64,000 bases of DNA from an uncultured Candidatus Saccharibacteria bacterium (GCA_964643545.1 CAZXTE010000002.1:18587-82586); one strand, 5' to 3'. Numbered from the stretch's first letter, positions 47,721 through 57,154 are shown. Notes: generated by a model from the letters alone, not told the origin. Numbers and translations are program-made.

Positions 47721-47993
47721 CTACTCGACAGTAACTTCGGTGCGTCGGACACTTTTGCCGCTAAATAGGCGAACTTTGCGTGCGTTGTATCTAACCACAC
47801 CGTCTTTTTCGGCGTGAATAGTGTAATTGCGCCCCAAAAATGTACCTTTGCCAGCTCGCTTCGTCATGCCAACCTGCCGGACGATAACTTGGCCGGTCTT
47901 AACAGATTCGCCGCCAAATAGCTTTACACCAAGTCGTTGACCTTGGCTATCCCTGTTATTTTTGCTGGTACCACCAGCTTTGACATGTGACAT
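47721..47993 (-). CDS. rpmA: Ribosomal protein L27
   Basis: MSHVKAGGTSKNNRDSQGQRLGVKLFGG matches L27. Confidence 0.95.
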   Translation of the reverse strand: MSHVKAGGTSKNNRDSQGQRLGVKLFGGESVKTGQVIVRQVGMTKRAGKGTFLGRNYTIHAEKDGVVRYNARKVRLFSGKSVRRTEVTVE

Positions 47994-47994
47994 A

Positions 47995-49167
47995 TTATTT
48001 CCTTATTAGTACTACAAGTTCACGGGCGACGATTTGACCTTCTCGATGGTAGATCAACTCCTCTTGCTCTGCATGAACGAAACTTACCCGATTATACCCA
48101 AATTCCTCGAGAGAATCAAGTATTTTAAGGTGTTTGAAACCATTTGGTGTTTTCCAGGCTGGCACGGCAATACACATGCGAAAGCCAGATGGCGTTTGTT
48201 CGGCTACATTTCGCAAGAATTTTCTATGAATAGTGTCGACATCTTGCATGACTTCTTGCAGCACATCTTGAGGAGGTGTGGTCGAGAAGGGGCGACCAAG
48301 GTATGTCTCGCAGGCAATTGACTGGAATTCGACTTCTTTCCAAACGAAGGATGTGGCGTCGCCAACTTCGGTGGCGCCAGTAACTCTCTTTTCGGTTTTA
48401 TCTTCTAGCCATTTGAGATTGGCGTTGGTGTAGTCGACCATCTTCGGTTCTAGGTCTGTGCCGTAGGCACCGAGTCCCATGAGGATTGCTTCTTGTAGGA
48501 TCACGCCCGTTCCACAAAACGGATCAAGTACGGTACTGCCAGCACTTGGATTGGCCAAGTTTATGATTATTTGAGCTAATTTAGGAGGGAGCATACCAAC
48601 CCGGGCATCGCGCTTTGGGCGTTTTTGATCACGATCAGCATAAGCCTCTATGTCTTGCTCTTGGACTGTTTGCGCCAAAATGGTCGATGTGCCGTTGCGA
48701 ATCAGTAACAACTCCATGCCAAGTGGGGAGGTGAGTTGATTATGACGCACTTGCGCGCTATTGAGCGATAGCTCATTGTTGGGCACGACACGCACAGAGT
48801 GTCCGGTTTGCCGGATGGTCTTTTTTATAGATAAGGTACTGCGGTTTAGCTGTGCTACATTCGTCTGTATGCCAAAAACACTGAGGCCAAACTTTACTTT
48901 ACCCTCGGGCAAGTATCCGAGGTGCTCTGGTATGGTTTTTTGAATATAGTCTAGGAGTCTAGAGAAGTCGGTTGTTGGTAGTTCCGTCAACACTTTAGCG
49001 AGTTTTATGCTGCCACCAAGACGTTGAAAGGTAACATCGCCAGGCTGTTCATCCAGCAGTACCGTGATGCCCCCAACAGGCTGTAGGCGATCGGGCCCAT
49101 AGAGACTCTCTAGCTCTGCCATGCCCAGGCGGGGCTGACGGCCGAGGATTAAAATACTTGTGAACAT
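47995..49167 (-). CDS. SAM-dependent RNA methyltransferase, Trm11/UPF0020-like with an N-terminal THUMP-like region
   Basis: GMLPPKLAQIIINLA and VLDPFCGTGVILQEA (SAM motif I). The exact substrate is unknown. Confidence 0.6.
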   Translation of the reverse strand: MFTSILILGRQPRLGMAELESLYGPDRLQPVGGITVLLDEQPGDVTFQRLGGSIKLAKVLTELPTTDFSRLLDYIQKTIPEHLGYLPEGKVKFGLSVFGIQTNVAQLNRSTLSIKKTIRQTGHSVRVVPNNELSLNSAQVRHNQLTSPLGMELLLIRNGTSTILAQTVQEQDIEAYADRDQKRPKRDARVGMLPPKLAQIIINLANPSAGSTVLDPFCGTGVILQEAILMGLGAYGTDLEPKMVDYTNANLKWLEDKTEKRVTGATEVGDATSFVWKEVEFQSIACETYLGRPFSTTPPQDVLQEVMQDVDTIHRKFLRNVAEQTPSGFRMCIAVPAWKTPNGFKHLKILDSLEEFGYNRVSFVHAEQEELIYHREGQIVARELVVLIRK

Positions 49168-49213
49168 GCTTTCAGTATAGCTGTCAAAAGGCTTTTGCGG
49201 TATAGTTTAGAAA

Positions 49214-50245
49214 ATGAGCCAAAAAGCAAAAGCTCGATGGAAGCTAATTCTCAACCTCGTTACCTTCATAGCGTTAATTGCAATGGTCTATATACTTCGT
49301 CATCAAATTCTGGAGAGTTTGAGTAATCTTGGGCGAGTGAACGCATGGGCGCTACTTCTGATGTTCCCGCTTCAATATCTGAATTATCATGCATATACAC
49401 AACAGTACCGTGCAATACTGAGTATTTTTAGTGAACGTATACGCTACCGCTCGATGTTCCGTGTCGTGTTGGAGTTAAATTTTATCAACAATGTATTTCC
49501 GAGTGGGGGTGTTTCCGGCTTCTCTTACTTTAGTTTGCGCATGAAGGACGCAGAGGTGAGTGGGGCAAAGGCATCGTTGACTCATCTTCTGCGATTTATC
49601 CTCGTGTTTATTGCGTTCCAAGTTTTCTTATTAGTGGGTCTGGTTATGTTGGCAATCGGCGGGCAGGCCAACGGACTGGTGTTACTAGTAAGCGGCTCCC
49701 TCGCGACACTCATATTAGTTGGGACTTTGGGGATTGGTGTTGTTATAGGTAGTAAGCGACGTATCCACGCCTTCTTTGGCTTTGTTGCGAAAGTTCTGAA
49801 CAAGATTATTCATGTGGTTCGTCCTAAGCACCCAGAAACGATTAATATGGAGCGCGCAGAAAAAACATTTGAAGAACTACATGAAAATTTCATGGTAATT
49901 CAGAAAGACTATAGCGTACTAAAGCAACCGCTAAAGTGGTCTTTACTTGCCAACCTTACAGAAGTCCTAACAGTTTACACGGTGTATGTGGCATTTGGGC
50001 ATTGGGTTAACCCGGGTGCGGTCATCTTGGCATATGCAGTAGCGAACTTCGCCGGATTCATATCGGTACTACCAGGTGGCGTGGGAATTTACGAGGCGCT
50101 CATGACCGCCGTATTAGCGGCTTGTGGTATTCCACCAGGGTTGAGTATACCCGTGACTGTTATGTATCGAGTCCTCAACTCTACTATCCAGCTGCCACCG
50201 GGTTGGGTATTGTACCACCGGCGTATTCGACAACTGTCACCATGA
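49214..50245 (+). CDS. Polytopic membrane protein, flippase-like / LPG-synthase-TM (UPF0104)-like
   Basis: About 8 TM helices with a basic N-terminus MSQKAKARWKL. The family call rests on general resemblance only. Confidence 0.45.
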   Translation: MSQKAKARWKLILNLVTFIALIAMVYILRHQILESLSNLGRVNAWALLLMFPLQYLNYHAYTQQYRAILSIFSERIRYRSMFRVVLELNFINNVFPSGGVSGFSYFSLRMKDAEVSGAKASLTHLLRFILVFIAFQVFLLVGLVMLAIGGQANGLVLLVSGSLATLILVGTLGIGVVIGSKRRIHAFFGFVAKVLNKIIHVVRPKHPETINMERAEKTFEELHENFMVIQKDYSVLKQPLKWSLLANLTEVLTVYTVYVAFGHWVNPGAVILAYAVANFAGFISVLPGGVGIYEALMTAVLAACGIPPGLSIPVTVMYRVLNSTIQLPPGWVLYHRRIRQLSP

Positions 50246-51357
50246 TTGAACCGGTTTTTTCGGTTAGTGATTTCGTTGCGGTTTTTAACCAAACCCTTGA
50301 GGCGGTTTACCCAAGTGTAACCATTGTTGGTGAACTCTCTAACTTCAAGATTAGTAAGAATAAGTGGGTATACTTTGATCTAAAAGATGAATACTCAAGT
50401 ATCCGCTTCTTTGGTACGATTTACGCACTACCGGGTCCCCTGGAAGACGGTATGATTTTAGAGGTTGTTGGTCAACCGCGTCTTCACGCTTCGTTTGGCT
50501 TCTCGGTGAACGTCCGTACCGTACGTCCAGTCGGTGAGGGCTCAATAAAAAAGGCTGCGCAACTTCTGGAAGCTAAGCTAGAGGCAGAGGGTCTATTTGC
50601 AGTTGAGCGCAAGAGGCCAATACCGTACCCGCCAAAGCGAATTGCTCTTGTGACTTCATTGCAGTCAGCCGCATACGCTGACTTCCTTAAAGTTTTAGGA
50701 AAGCGATGGTCTGGCCTGCAGATTGATCTGTATGACGTACAGGTGCAGGGCGAGGCTGCTGCAGGCCAAATTGTAGAAGCAATGCAGTATTTCAACAGTG
50801 CTCCGAATCTTCCCGATGTCATTGTGGTAACAAGGGGCGGGGGTAGCGCGGATGACCTGGCTGTGTTTAATACAGAGCAAGTGACACGTGCGGTTGCGGC
50901 CAGCCGCGCCCCCACTTTGGTTGCCATTGGCCATGAGACTGATGTCAGTTTGGCTGAGCGAGCGGCTGACCAACGAGCAAGTACGCCAAGTAATGCTGCT
51001 GAGTTGTTGGTGCCGGATAGACTAAGTGAAAAGCAGAGGCTTTCTTTAACCGAAGCTAGTCTATCGCAGCAGGTCACTGGAGTAATTATGCAAAAAAGAG
51101 AAGAACTCCAGCATAAACAACGGGCCCTACTCGTGGCATTGCAGGGGATATGGCAACAATCTTCAGCGCACCTGTCAGCAAGTAAAGATATCTTGCAGGC
51201 ATTGAATCCCCATGCCGTTCTCGCGAGAGGATACTCGATAACCAGAGATAAGACAGGCAGAATTATTCGAACCACCAAAGGTCTTACGAAAGGCCAAGCA
51301 CTCAGTATTCAGCTGCACGAGGGTGGTTTTGGTGTGCGAGTAGATGAGATACAATAG
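50242..51357 (+). CDS. xseA: Exodeoxyribonuclease VII large subunit
   Basis: N-terminal OB fold (VSDFVAVFNQTLE...VTIVGELSNF), then VVTRGGGSADDL and IGHETD. ATGA overlap with the upstream gene. Confidence 0.85.
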   Translation: MIEPVFSVSDFVAVFNQTLEAVYPSVTIVGELSNFKISKNKWVYFDLKDEYSSIRFFGTIYALPGPLEDGMILEVVGQPRLHASFGFSVNVRTVRPVGEGSIKKAAQLLEAKLEAEGLFAVERKRPIPYPPKRIALVTSLQSAAYADFLKVLGKRWSGLQIDLYDVQVQGEAAAGQIVEAMQYFNSAPNLPDVIVVTRGGGSADDLAVFNTEQVTRAVAASRAPTLVAIGHETDVSLAERAADQRASTPSNAAELLVPDRLSEKQRLSLTEASLSQQVTGVIMQKREELQHKQRALLVALQGIWQQSSAHLSASKDILQALNPHAVLARGYSITRDKTGRIIRTTKGLTKGQALSIQLHEGGFGVRVDEIQ

Positions 51358-51363
51358 AAAGTA

Positions 51364-51552
51364 ATGGCAGATAACTACCAAACATTAAATCAAGAGCTGG
51401 CGGAGATAATTGACACGCTGCAATCCGCTGACATTGATATAGATGAGGCTTTGCGTCTTCACAAGCGTGGCCAGGATATTGTGCATAAGCTTGAGGCATA
51501 CTTAAAAAAGACAGAGAATATTGTTAAAACACACAAGACGACCTCTTCCTAG
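51364..51552 (+). CDS. xseB: Exodeoxyribonuclease VII small subunit
   Basis: 62 aa, with LAEIIDTLQSADIDIDEALRLHKRGQDIVHKLEAYL. It directly follows xseA. Confidence 0.8.
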   Translation: MADNYQTLNQELAEIIDTLQSADIDIDEALRLHKRGQDIVHKLEAYLKKTENIVKTHKTTSS

Positions 51553-51596
51553 ATGAAATTTTGTTAGACCCCTAGGACTGTGCTAACATAACCGTT

Positions 51597-52259
51597 ATGA
51601 AAAGACTTGATCAGCAGGGCAGTTCAACAGGTTGGCTGATTGCATTTATGATCTCAACATTCTTGTTCGTTGGGGTGGCAATATTTAGTTTTTGGGCATT
51701 TAGTGAGCGCAATGACTACAAAAATAACACCGACGCAAAGGTGGTGGCTGCAGTAGAAGAGGCGCAACAACAAACATCTGCCGCAAAGACCAAAGAGTTT
51801 GAAGAAAAAGAAAAAAACCCGTACCGCACATATGTTGGCCCTGGTGCTTATGGCAGCATCTCAATCTCATACCCAAAGACATGGAGCGCATATGTTGACG
51901 AAACCAGCACGGGCGCAAGCATTATAGATGGCTACTATAACCCCGCAACCGTACCCGCTATACAAAGCAAAGCAAACTTTGCTCTTCGAGTTCAAGTAAT
52001 CACACAGTCTTATACCCAAATAGTAACAACACTCTCCCAGCAGTTAAAAAATGGTAAATTCAAAATGGTTCCTTACCGAGCAGATAAAGTCCCCTCGGTT
52101 ACTGGCGTTCGGGTTGATGGGGAAGTTTCACCCGGGAAACAAGGCAGCCTGATTATCTTGCCAGTTAGAGATAAGACGTTAAAAATTTGGTCTGAAGCTC
52201 CAGAATTTGTTAAAGACCTAGACGCCATAGTCTTGCCAAATCTGACATTTGTGCCGTAA
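51597..52259 (+). CDS. Hypothetical membrane-anchored protein
   Basis: One N-terminal TM helix and an extracytoplasmic domain of about 170 aa. Promoter: TTGTTA, 17 nt, TGcTAACAT, 7 nt before the ATG. Confidence 0.5.
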   Translation: MKRLDQQGSSTGWLIAFMISTFLFVGVAIFSFWAFSERNDYKNNTDAKVVAAVEEAQQQTSAAKTKEFEEKEKNPYRTYVGPGAYGSISISYPKTWSAYVDETSTGASIIDGYYNPATVPAIQSKANFALRVQVITQSYTQIVTTLSQQLKNGKFKMVPYRADKVPSVTGVRVDGEVSPGKQGSLIILPVRDKTLKIWSEAPEFVKDLDAIVLPNLTFVP

Positions 52260-52305
52260 GCATTTTCGAGTGGTATACTACGCTTAGAAGTGAGGGTAGT
52301 GCTGT

Positions 52306-53037
52306 ATGCGGACGAAGAAAAATGAGTACAAAAAGTATTCTAAAGACGAGGAACGTCAGTTGCTTGCGTCGCTTGCCGAACAGCTAAGAGTCCCTATTGT
52401 TCAAATGGCTCGGCTCTCCGAAGAGGATAGTAAAAAAAATCGTAAAACTATTGCGACAATATCAAGGACAGCAAACGAGCTCATAGATGCCTATCAACTT
52501 GTGCTGCAGTTGCATATGCAGGAGGGGGCACTGCACGTTGAACCAGTCTCGCTCTCTGCGCTTCTGCATAAGACAGCGCAGAAAACGCAAAGACTTGCAG
52601 AAGAGTATCGCTGTGATGTGCAGATAGACACAAGAGGGAGCTATGAGCCGGTTCTAATAAACACAGAGATCATAGAGGCTGCGTTGAGTGCTCTTAGTTC
52701 TGTCTTTATCATTGAGTCAAAAGCGTCTGGCACAGACACCGCTAGATCGAGCCGACCCATTGTTACGCTTGCGGCCCATCGTAGTCGCTGGGGATTGGTT
52801 GTGGGTGCGTATAGTAGTAATACATCAATGAACAACGCAACGTATGGGCGAGCTAAGAATCTGTATGGCAAGGCGCGACAGCCACTCAATCATATCTTTA
52901 CGTCTGCAGGGGCTGGCGTTTTTATCGCCAACGCGCTGCTTGCAATGGCTGCATGTAACCTCCATGCATCGAGATACCACAACATGACTGGCCTCGCCGT
53001 CACCTTAAAACCCGCCAGTCAACTGAGCTTAGTGTAA
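52306..53037 (+). CDS. Histidine-kinase-like protein with degenerate catalytic motifs (putative pseudokinase)
   Basis: The DHp-like segment LASLAEQLRVPI aligns to the xSHELRTPL box with Glu (52378-52380) at the His position. The X-box/linker resembles HK cores. The N and G1 boxes are not recognisable, and the G2-like box is SAGAGVFIA. Confidence 0.55.
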   Translation: MRTKKNEYKKYSKDEERQLLASLAEQLRVPIVQMARLSEEDSKKNRKTIATISRTANELIDAYQLVLQLHMQEGALHVEPVSLSALLHKTAQKTQRLAEEYRCDVQIDTRGSYEPVLINTEIIEAALSALSSVFIIESKASGTDTARSSRPIVTLAAHRSRWGLVVGAYSSNTSMNNATYGRAKNLYGKARQPLNHIFTSAGAGVFIANALLAMAACNLHASRYHNMTGLAVTLKPASQLSLV

Positions 53038-53426
53038 TGCGCATTTTGCTTGTGGAGCCCGATCAAATATTGGCGAAAGTCTATACGGCCGCCTGCCTCA
53101 AGAATAATAAGAATGCCGAGATTGTTAGTGTTAGTTCAATCGAGGACGCCATAGTAGCAGCCGACAACCAGCAACCCGATCTTATAATTTGTGAGCTACT
53201 ACTTGCTCGTCATAATGGCGTAGAGTTTTTGTACGAACTGCGCTCGTATACGGATCTCAAATCCATCCCTGTCATCATACTAAGTTGGGTCCCGGAGCAG
53301 GAGTTTTACTCGACGATTGATGCGGGTTTATTGGGTGTCCATGCGTATTTGTATAAACCCACAACAACACTTTCGCATTTAATCTCTGTGGTGCAAAAAG
53401 TCACTATCGAGGCAAAATTACGATGA
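53037..53426 (+). CDS. Receiver-domain protein with Glu at the phospho-acceptor position
   Basis: MRILLVEPD ... DLIICELLL (Glu 53193-53195 where Asp is expected) ... VIILSW ... YLYKP. TAATG coupling to the upstream gene. Confidence 0.7.
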   Translation: MRILLVEPDQILAKVYTAACLKNNKNAEIVSVSSIEDAIVAADNQQPDLIICELLLARHNGVEFLYELRSYTDLKSIPVIILSWVPEQEFYSTIDAGLLGVHAYLYKPTTTLSHLISVVQKVTIEAKLR

Positions 53427-54142
53427 GGCAGCAGATCGCCAAGGCAATCGTTTTATCGCGTACGAACTACGGCGAAAGTGATCGGATTCTATCATTGCTC
53501 ACAAGCGACAAAGGCAAGATTCGTTTAGTAGCAAAAGGAGTGAGAAAATCAAAAAGCAAAAATGCTGGGGGCATAGAACTACTTAGCATAAATACAATTA
53601 GCTACTTGCAAGGCTCGAGAGATCTGGGGACACTGATCTCAGCGCGGTCAGAGGAACAGTACGACAATATTGTTAAGGATATTGAACGCACTATGTTTGC
53701 GTACGACCTACTTAAAAAAGTCCACATAGTTACAGAAGATGCAGTTGAAGAAGCATATTTTAGTATGATGGAGCAAGCATTAAGGGGCCTAGATGATCTT
53801 GATCTACCCTTGGCGGCCGTTAAGCTATGGGCATATCTTCAGCTGCTGTTATTGATGGGGCATACACCCAATCTCTCACAAGACACAAACGGGAAGAGAC
53901 TGCAAAGTGAGCAAACCATGTACCTATTCAATTTTGACCATATGGCATTTTCTGTGGATCAGAACGGGACGTTTAATGCTGCTGCGATCAAGTTGTTGCG
54001 GCTCGTAACGCAGCAGAGGAGCCCGCTCCGTCTTCGACAAATACGGGATGTTAACGAATACTGGGAGCCTCTTGCAACATTTGCGAGTAGCTTGCTTATG
54101 GCGCAACTACCACAAAAAAGAAGTAAAACATCGTATACTTAG
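53423..54142 (+). CDS. recO: DNA repair protein RecO
   Basis: AIVLSRTNYGESDRILSLLTSDKGKIRLVAKGVRKSKSK is a typical RecO OB N-terminus. ATGA overlap with the upstream gene. Confidence 0.8.
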   Translation: MRQQIAKAIVLSRTNYGESDRILSLLTSDKGKIRLVAKGVRKSKSKNAGGIELLSINTISYLQGSRDLGTLISARSEEQYDNIVKDIERTMFAYDLLKKVHIVTEDAVEEAYFSMMEQALRGLDDLDLPLAAVKLWAYLQLLLLMGHTPNLSQDTNGKRLQSEQTMYLFNFDHMAFSVDQNGTFNAAAIKLLRLVTQQRSPLRLRQIRDVNEYWEPLATFASSLLMAQLPQKRSKTSYT

Positions 54143-54146
54143 CACA

Positions 54147-54290
54147 ATGAAACAAACACCAGAGTTAGCTTCTCAAAAAGAGCACGAAAGCGAGCCGCTC
54201 AGCAAGCGGCTTGTGCGTATTGCTGGTGGTATTGCATTGTTGGGCGTTGGCTTTAACCTCATTCGTAATATATTCTCGTCTAAGCAATAA
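54147..54290 (+). CDS. Small hypothetical membrane protein (47 aa)
   Basis: TATACT (54134-54139) lies 7 nt before the ATG. C-terminal TM helix LVRIAGGIALLGVGFNLI. Confidence 0.35.
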   Translation: MKQTPELASQKEHESEPLSKRLVRIAGGIALLGVGFNLIRNIFSSKQ

Positions 54291-54326
54291 AGACCGGCAC
54301 TGCCGTTTCTGTTATAATCCCCACTA

Positions 54327-55655
54327 ATGAGTGACGTAAAACTAGAAGATATTGTTAGTTTATGTAAGCGCCGAGGCTTCGTTTTTCAGGCAAGTGATAT
54401 TTACGGGGGGCTGGCCGGCTTTTGGGACTATGGACCACTGGGTGTGGAGTTGATTAATAACATCAAAGCTGAATGGTGGAAAGCGGTTGTCACAGAAAGT
54501 GATAATATCTTTGGCCTTGATGGTGCAATTATTCAAAATCCAAAGCTGTGGGAAGCTAGCGGGCATGTAGCTGGTTTTACCGATCCTTTGGTAGATTGTA
54601 AAAACTGCGGTGCTCGTCATAGGGCAGACCATCTTGCAGGTACGGACTCGACCGATCTAAAAGAGCTCACAGATTTGCTTAAGGGTAAGGCGTGTCCAAC
54701 ATGCGGCAAGCAGACTCTGACTGAACCGCGCAAGTACAACATGATGATGAAGACCTGGGTTGGCCCAGTAGAGGATGAATCGAGTGTTGCATATCTGAGG
54801 CCAGAGACGGCCGGTTCAATTTTTGTAAATTATGAAAACGTCCGCGAGACAATGCGTGCAAAATTACCATTTGGTATTGCCCAAATCGGAAAGGCATTTC
54901 GAAACGAAATCAGCCCACGTGACTTTATCTTTCGTGTCCGCGAACTTGAGCAGATGGAAATGCAGTATTTTATTAATCCCAACGACGAGGAACAGGCATA
55001 TGAGGCGTGGAGATCATTTGCCTGGAAGTTCCTAACTGACCGTCTTGGTGTCGACGAGAAAAATCTGCAATGGCATGAACACGATGCAAATGAGCGCGCA
55101 CACTATGCAGCCGCGGCACATGACATATACTTTAAGTTCCCACAAGGATTTAAAGAACTCTGGGGCACTCATAATAGGACTGACTTTGACCTATCAAGCC
55201 ACATGAAAGCCAGCGGGAAAGACCTTCAATATTTTGACGATGAGACAAGGGAGCGTTTCACGCCTTTTATAGTTGAGAGTTCGGTGGGTGTTGGCCGAAT
55301 GATGATGGCAGTACTTACAAACGCATATCGAGAAGAAGAAATTAAGGGTGAAAAGCGGATTGTCCTAAAACTCGATCCTCGCATCGCACCTGTTAAGATG
55401 GCTGTCTCGCCGTTGCTCAAGAATAAGCCCGAACTTGTTGCCAAGGCTCGAGAAGTCTATACAGACATGAAAAAGAAATATGGCGCTGTTATGTGGGACG
55501 ACAATGGCAACATTGGTAAACGATACCGAAGACAAGATGAGATTGGCACACCAAAATGCGTCACGATTGACTTTCAGACACTAGACGATAATACAGTTAC
55601 CGTGCGCGACCGCGACACAACTGAACAGACGCGAATAGATATCCTGGAATTGTAG
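54327..55655 (+). CDS. glyQS: Glycyl-tRNA synthetase (homodimeric alpha2 type)
   Basis: CKRRGFVFQASDIYGGLAGFWDYGPLG, YLRPETAGSIF, GKAFRNEISPR. Confidence 0.95.
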   Translation: MSDVKLEDIVSLCKRRGFVFQASDIYGGLAGFWDYGPLGVELINNIKAEWWKAVVTESDNIFGLDGAIIQNPKLWEASGHVAGFTDPLVDCKNCGARHRADHLAGTDSTDLKELTDLLKGKACPTCGKQTLTEPRKYNMMMKTWVGPVEDESSVAYLRPETAGSIFVNYENVRETMRAKLPFGIAQIGKAFRNEISPRDFIFRVRELEQMEMQYFINPNDEEQAYEAWRSFAWKFLTDRLGVDEKNLQWHEHDANERAHYAAAAHDIYFKFPQGFKELWGTHNRTDFDLSSHMKASGKDLQYFDDETRERFTPFIVESSVGVGRMMMAVLTNAYREEEIKGEKRIVLKLDPRIAPVKMAVSPLLKNKPELVAKAREVYTDMKKKYGAVMWDDNGNIGKRYRRQDEIGTPKCVTIDFQTLDDNTVTVRDRDTTEQTRIDILEL

Positions 55656-55718
55656 TAGCAAAAAAAAGGAATTGCTTATGCTTGTGTTTCATGAGCGCTG
55701 GGTTCAAAATGTAGCGCA

Positions 55719-56438
55719 ATGAGTAACGTAGACGTAGCTACTCCCCAAGAAGAATTCCGCATTGGCGTATTGGCGTCTGGCGGTGGAACGACTTTCGAAG
55801 CTTTGCAACAATCCATTCTTGATGGTCAGCTCGTTGGTGTAAGTATAGAGTTTGTTATTTGTAATAATGGGCCAGCCAACCCAGATGCTGGGGTGTGGGC
55901 GCGAGCAGGGCGTTTGGGTATACCTGCATACCACGTATCAAATAAGACCCAGCGGGAGTGCACGATTCCTCCTGAAATCGATGGCACTATAAGTTATGAA
56001 GCAAGCGAAAGAATTGTACAGTTAGCCGATAATTACGGGGCGCATATGCTAGTTACGCTTGGTTATATGAAAAGACTTATTGGGGATGCCTTAGAGATAG
56101 ACGTTGCAAACACACACCCAGGACCGCTCGGCCCTGATCGATTGACAGCGGGTTTCCATGGCGACGGTGTCCAAGAAGAAGTGATGCGCAAAAAACTGCC
56201 ATATTCTGGGCCCACGTTTCATTGGCTTAGCAAAGAGTTGGGTCCTGATGATGTGCCTGCATACGACATGGGGCCAGAGATTGGGCACACACCAGTCGCA
56301 GTCACAGATGAGATGAGGGCAGAGTGGGAAGAATTTGGTACCGTAAAACAACTAAAAGCAGAAGTTATGAGGGTCGAAAAGTTGTGGGTCCCAACCTGGG
56401 TGGGTATGGCACGAGATCAAGTCCTGGCTAGCGCATAA
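55719..56438 (+). CDS. Formyltransferase, PurN (GAR transformylase)-like
   Basis: RIGVLASGGGTTFEAL N-terminus, NTHPGPL (Asn/His as in the NIHPSLLP box), and TFHWL. The rest is divergent. Confidence 0.55.
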   Translation: MSNVDVATPQEEFRIGVLASGGGTTFEALQQSILDGQLVGVSIEFVICNNGPANPDAGVWARAGRLGIPAYHVSNKTQRECTIPPEIDGTISYEASERIVQLADNYGAHMLVTLGYMKRLIGDALEIDVANTHPGPLGPDRLTAGFHGDGVQEEVMRKKLPYSGPTFHWLSKELGPDDVPAYDMGPEIGHTPVAVTDEMRAEWEEFGTVKQLKAEVMRVEKLWVPTWVGMARDQVLASA

Positions 56439-56471
56439 GCCACACACAAAAAACTGCTAGAATAGGTATAT

Positions 56472-56891
56472 ATGATACAAAAGCAAGATGTCCTTGCGTT
56501 TTTACGCAAACACTCGTTGGCTGTTTTAGCAACGGCAGACATGAAGGGTAAGCCGCAAGCGGCGGTGGTTGAATTTGCAGAACTGGACGACCTGACGATT
56601 ATTATTGATACATTTAATTATTCTCGAAAGTATAAGAATCTTCAACAGAATGACCAAGTTGCAATTGTTGTTGGCTGGGACAACAACGTCACGCTTCAAA
56701 TGGATGCGACTGCACATGAGTTGAAGGGGGAAGACCTATTACGCGCCAAAGAAATATATTTTGCAAAAAATGAGCGCGCAAAAAAATGGGCCAACAAACC
56801 AGAGATTGCCTACTTTGCTTTCAAGCCAACCTGGATGCGCTACTCGGACGTAGGAAAAACCCCATGGCAGATAGAAGAAGTGCATCTATGA
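56472..56891 (+). CDS. Pyridoxamine 5'-phosphate oxidase-like FMN-binding split-barrel protein
   Basis: 139 aa with the pattern LRKHSLAVLATADMKGKPQAAVVEF ... typical of the PNPOx-like family. Confidence 0.65.
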   Translation: MIQKQDVLAFLRKHSLAVLATADMKGKPQAAVVEFAELDDLTIIIDTFNYSRKYKNLQQNDQVAIVVGWDNNVTLQMDATAHELKGEDLLRAKEIYFAKNERAKKWANKPEIAYFAFKPTWMRYSDVGKTPWQIEEVHL

Positions 56892-57154
56892 GTTCACTTG
56901 AAAACCGTGTAGCAGAAATTGAAAAACGCAATCAACGTGTCGAGTTAGATAAGGCTTGGGAGACGAGCTGGACACGACGAATAAGTATTGCCTGCATGAC
57001 CTATGTTGTTGTAACTGGCTATTTGATAGCGATAGACAATGATAGACCATTCATCAATGCGCTTGTTCCGGTTGTCGGGTTTTTACTCTCGACGTCACTC
57101 CTGAAAACAATACGAAATATTTGGCAGAGAAAAGAGAAAATACATGAAACTTAG
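56888..57154 (+). CDS. Small hypothetical membrane protein (88 aa)
   Basis: ATGA overlap with the upstream gene. Two predicted TM helices follow an N-terminal amphipathic segment. Confidence 0.4.
   Translation: MSSLENRVAEIEKRNQRVELDKAWETSWTRRISIACMTYVVVTGYLIAIDNDRPFINALVPVVGFLLSTSLLKTIRNIWQRKEKIHET

Noticed and set aside
5979-47993. rplU (L21) and rpmA (L27) are about 41 kb apart and on opposite strands, although they usually form an operon.
   Set aside because: This is a real observation, but operon break-up of this pair occurs in various lineages. On its own it does not indicate a new function.
50484-51278. 264-aa minus-strand ORF.
   Set aside because: It is fully antisense to xseA, whose translation shows clear family motifs. 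The antisense product is Ala/Ser/Arg/Cys-rich, typical of a shadow ORF. The same reasoning applies to 3866-4711 (antisense to ileS), 42005-42613 (ctpA), 1699-2223 (HAD gene), 32651-33145 (serS) and 35154-35579 (secA).
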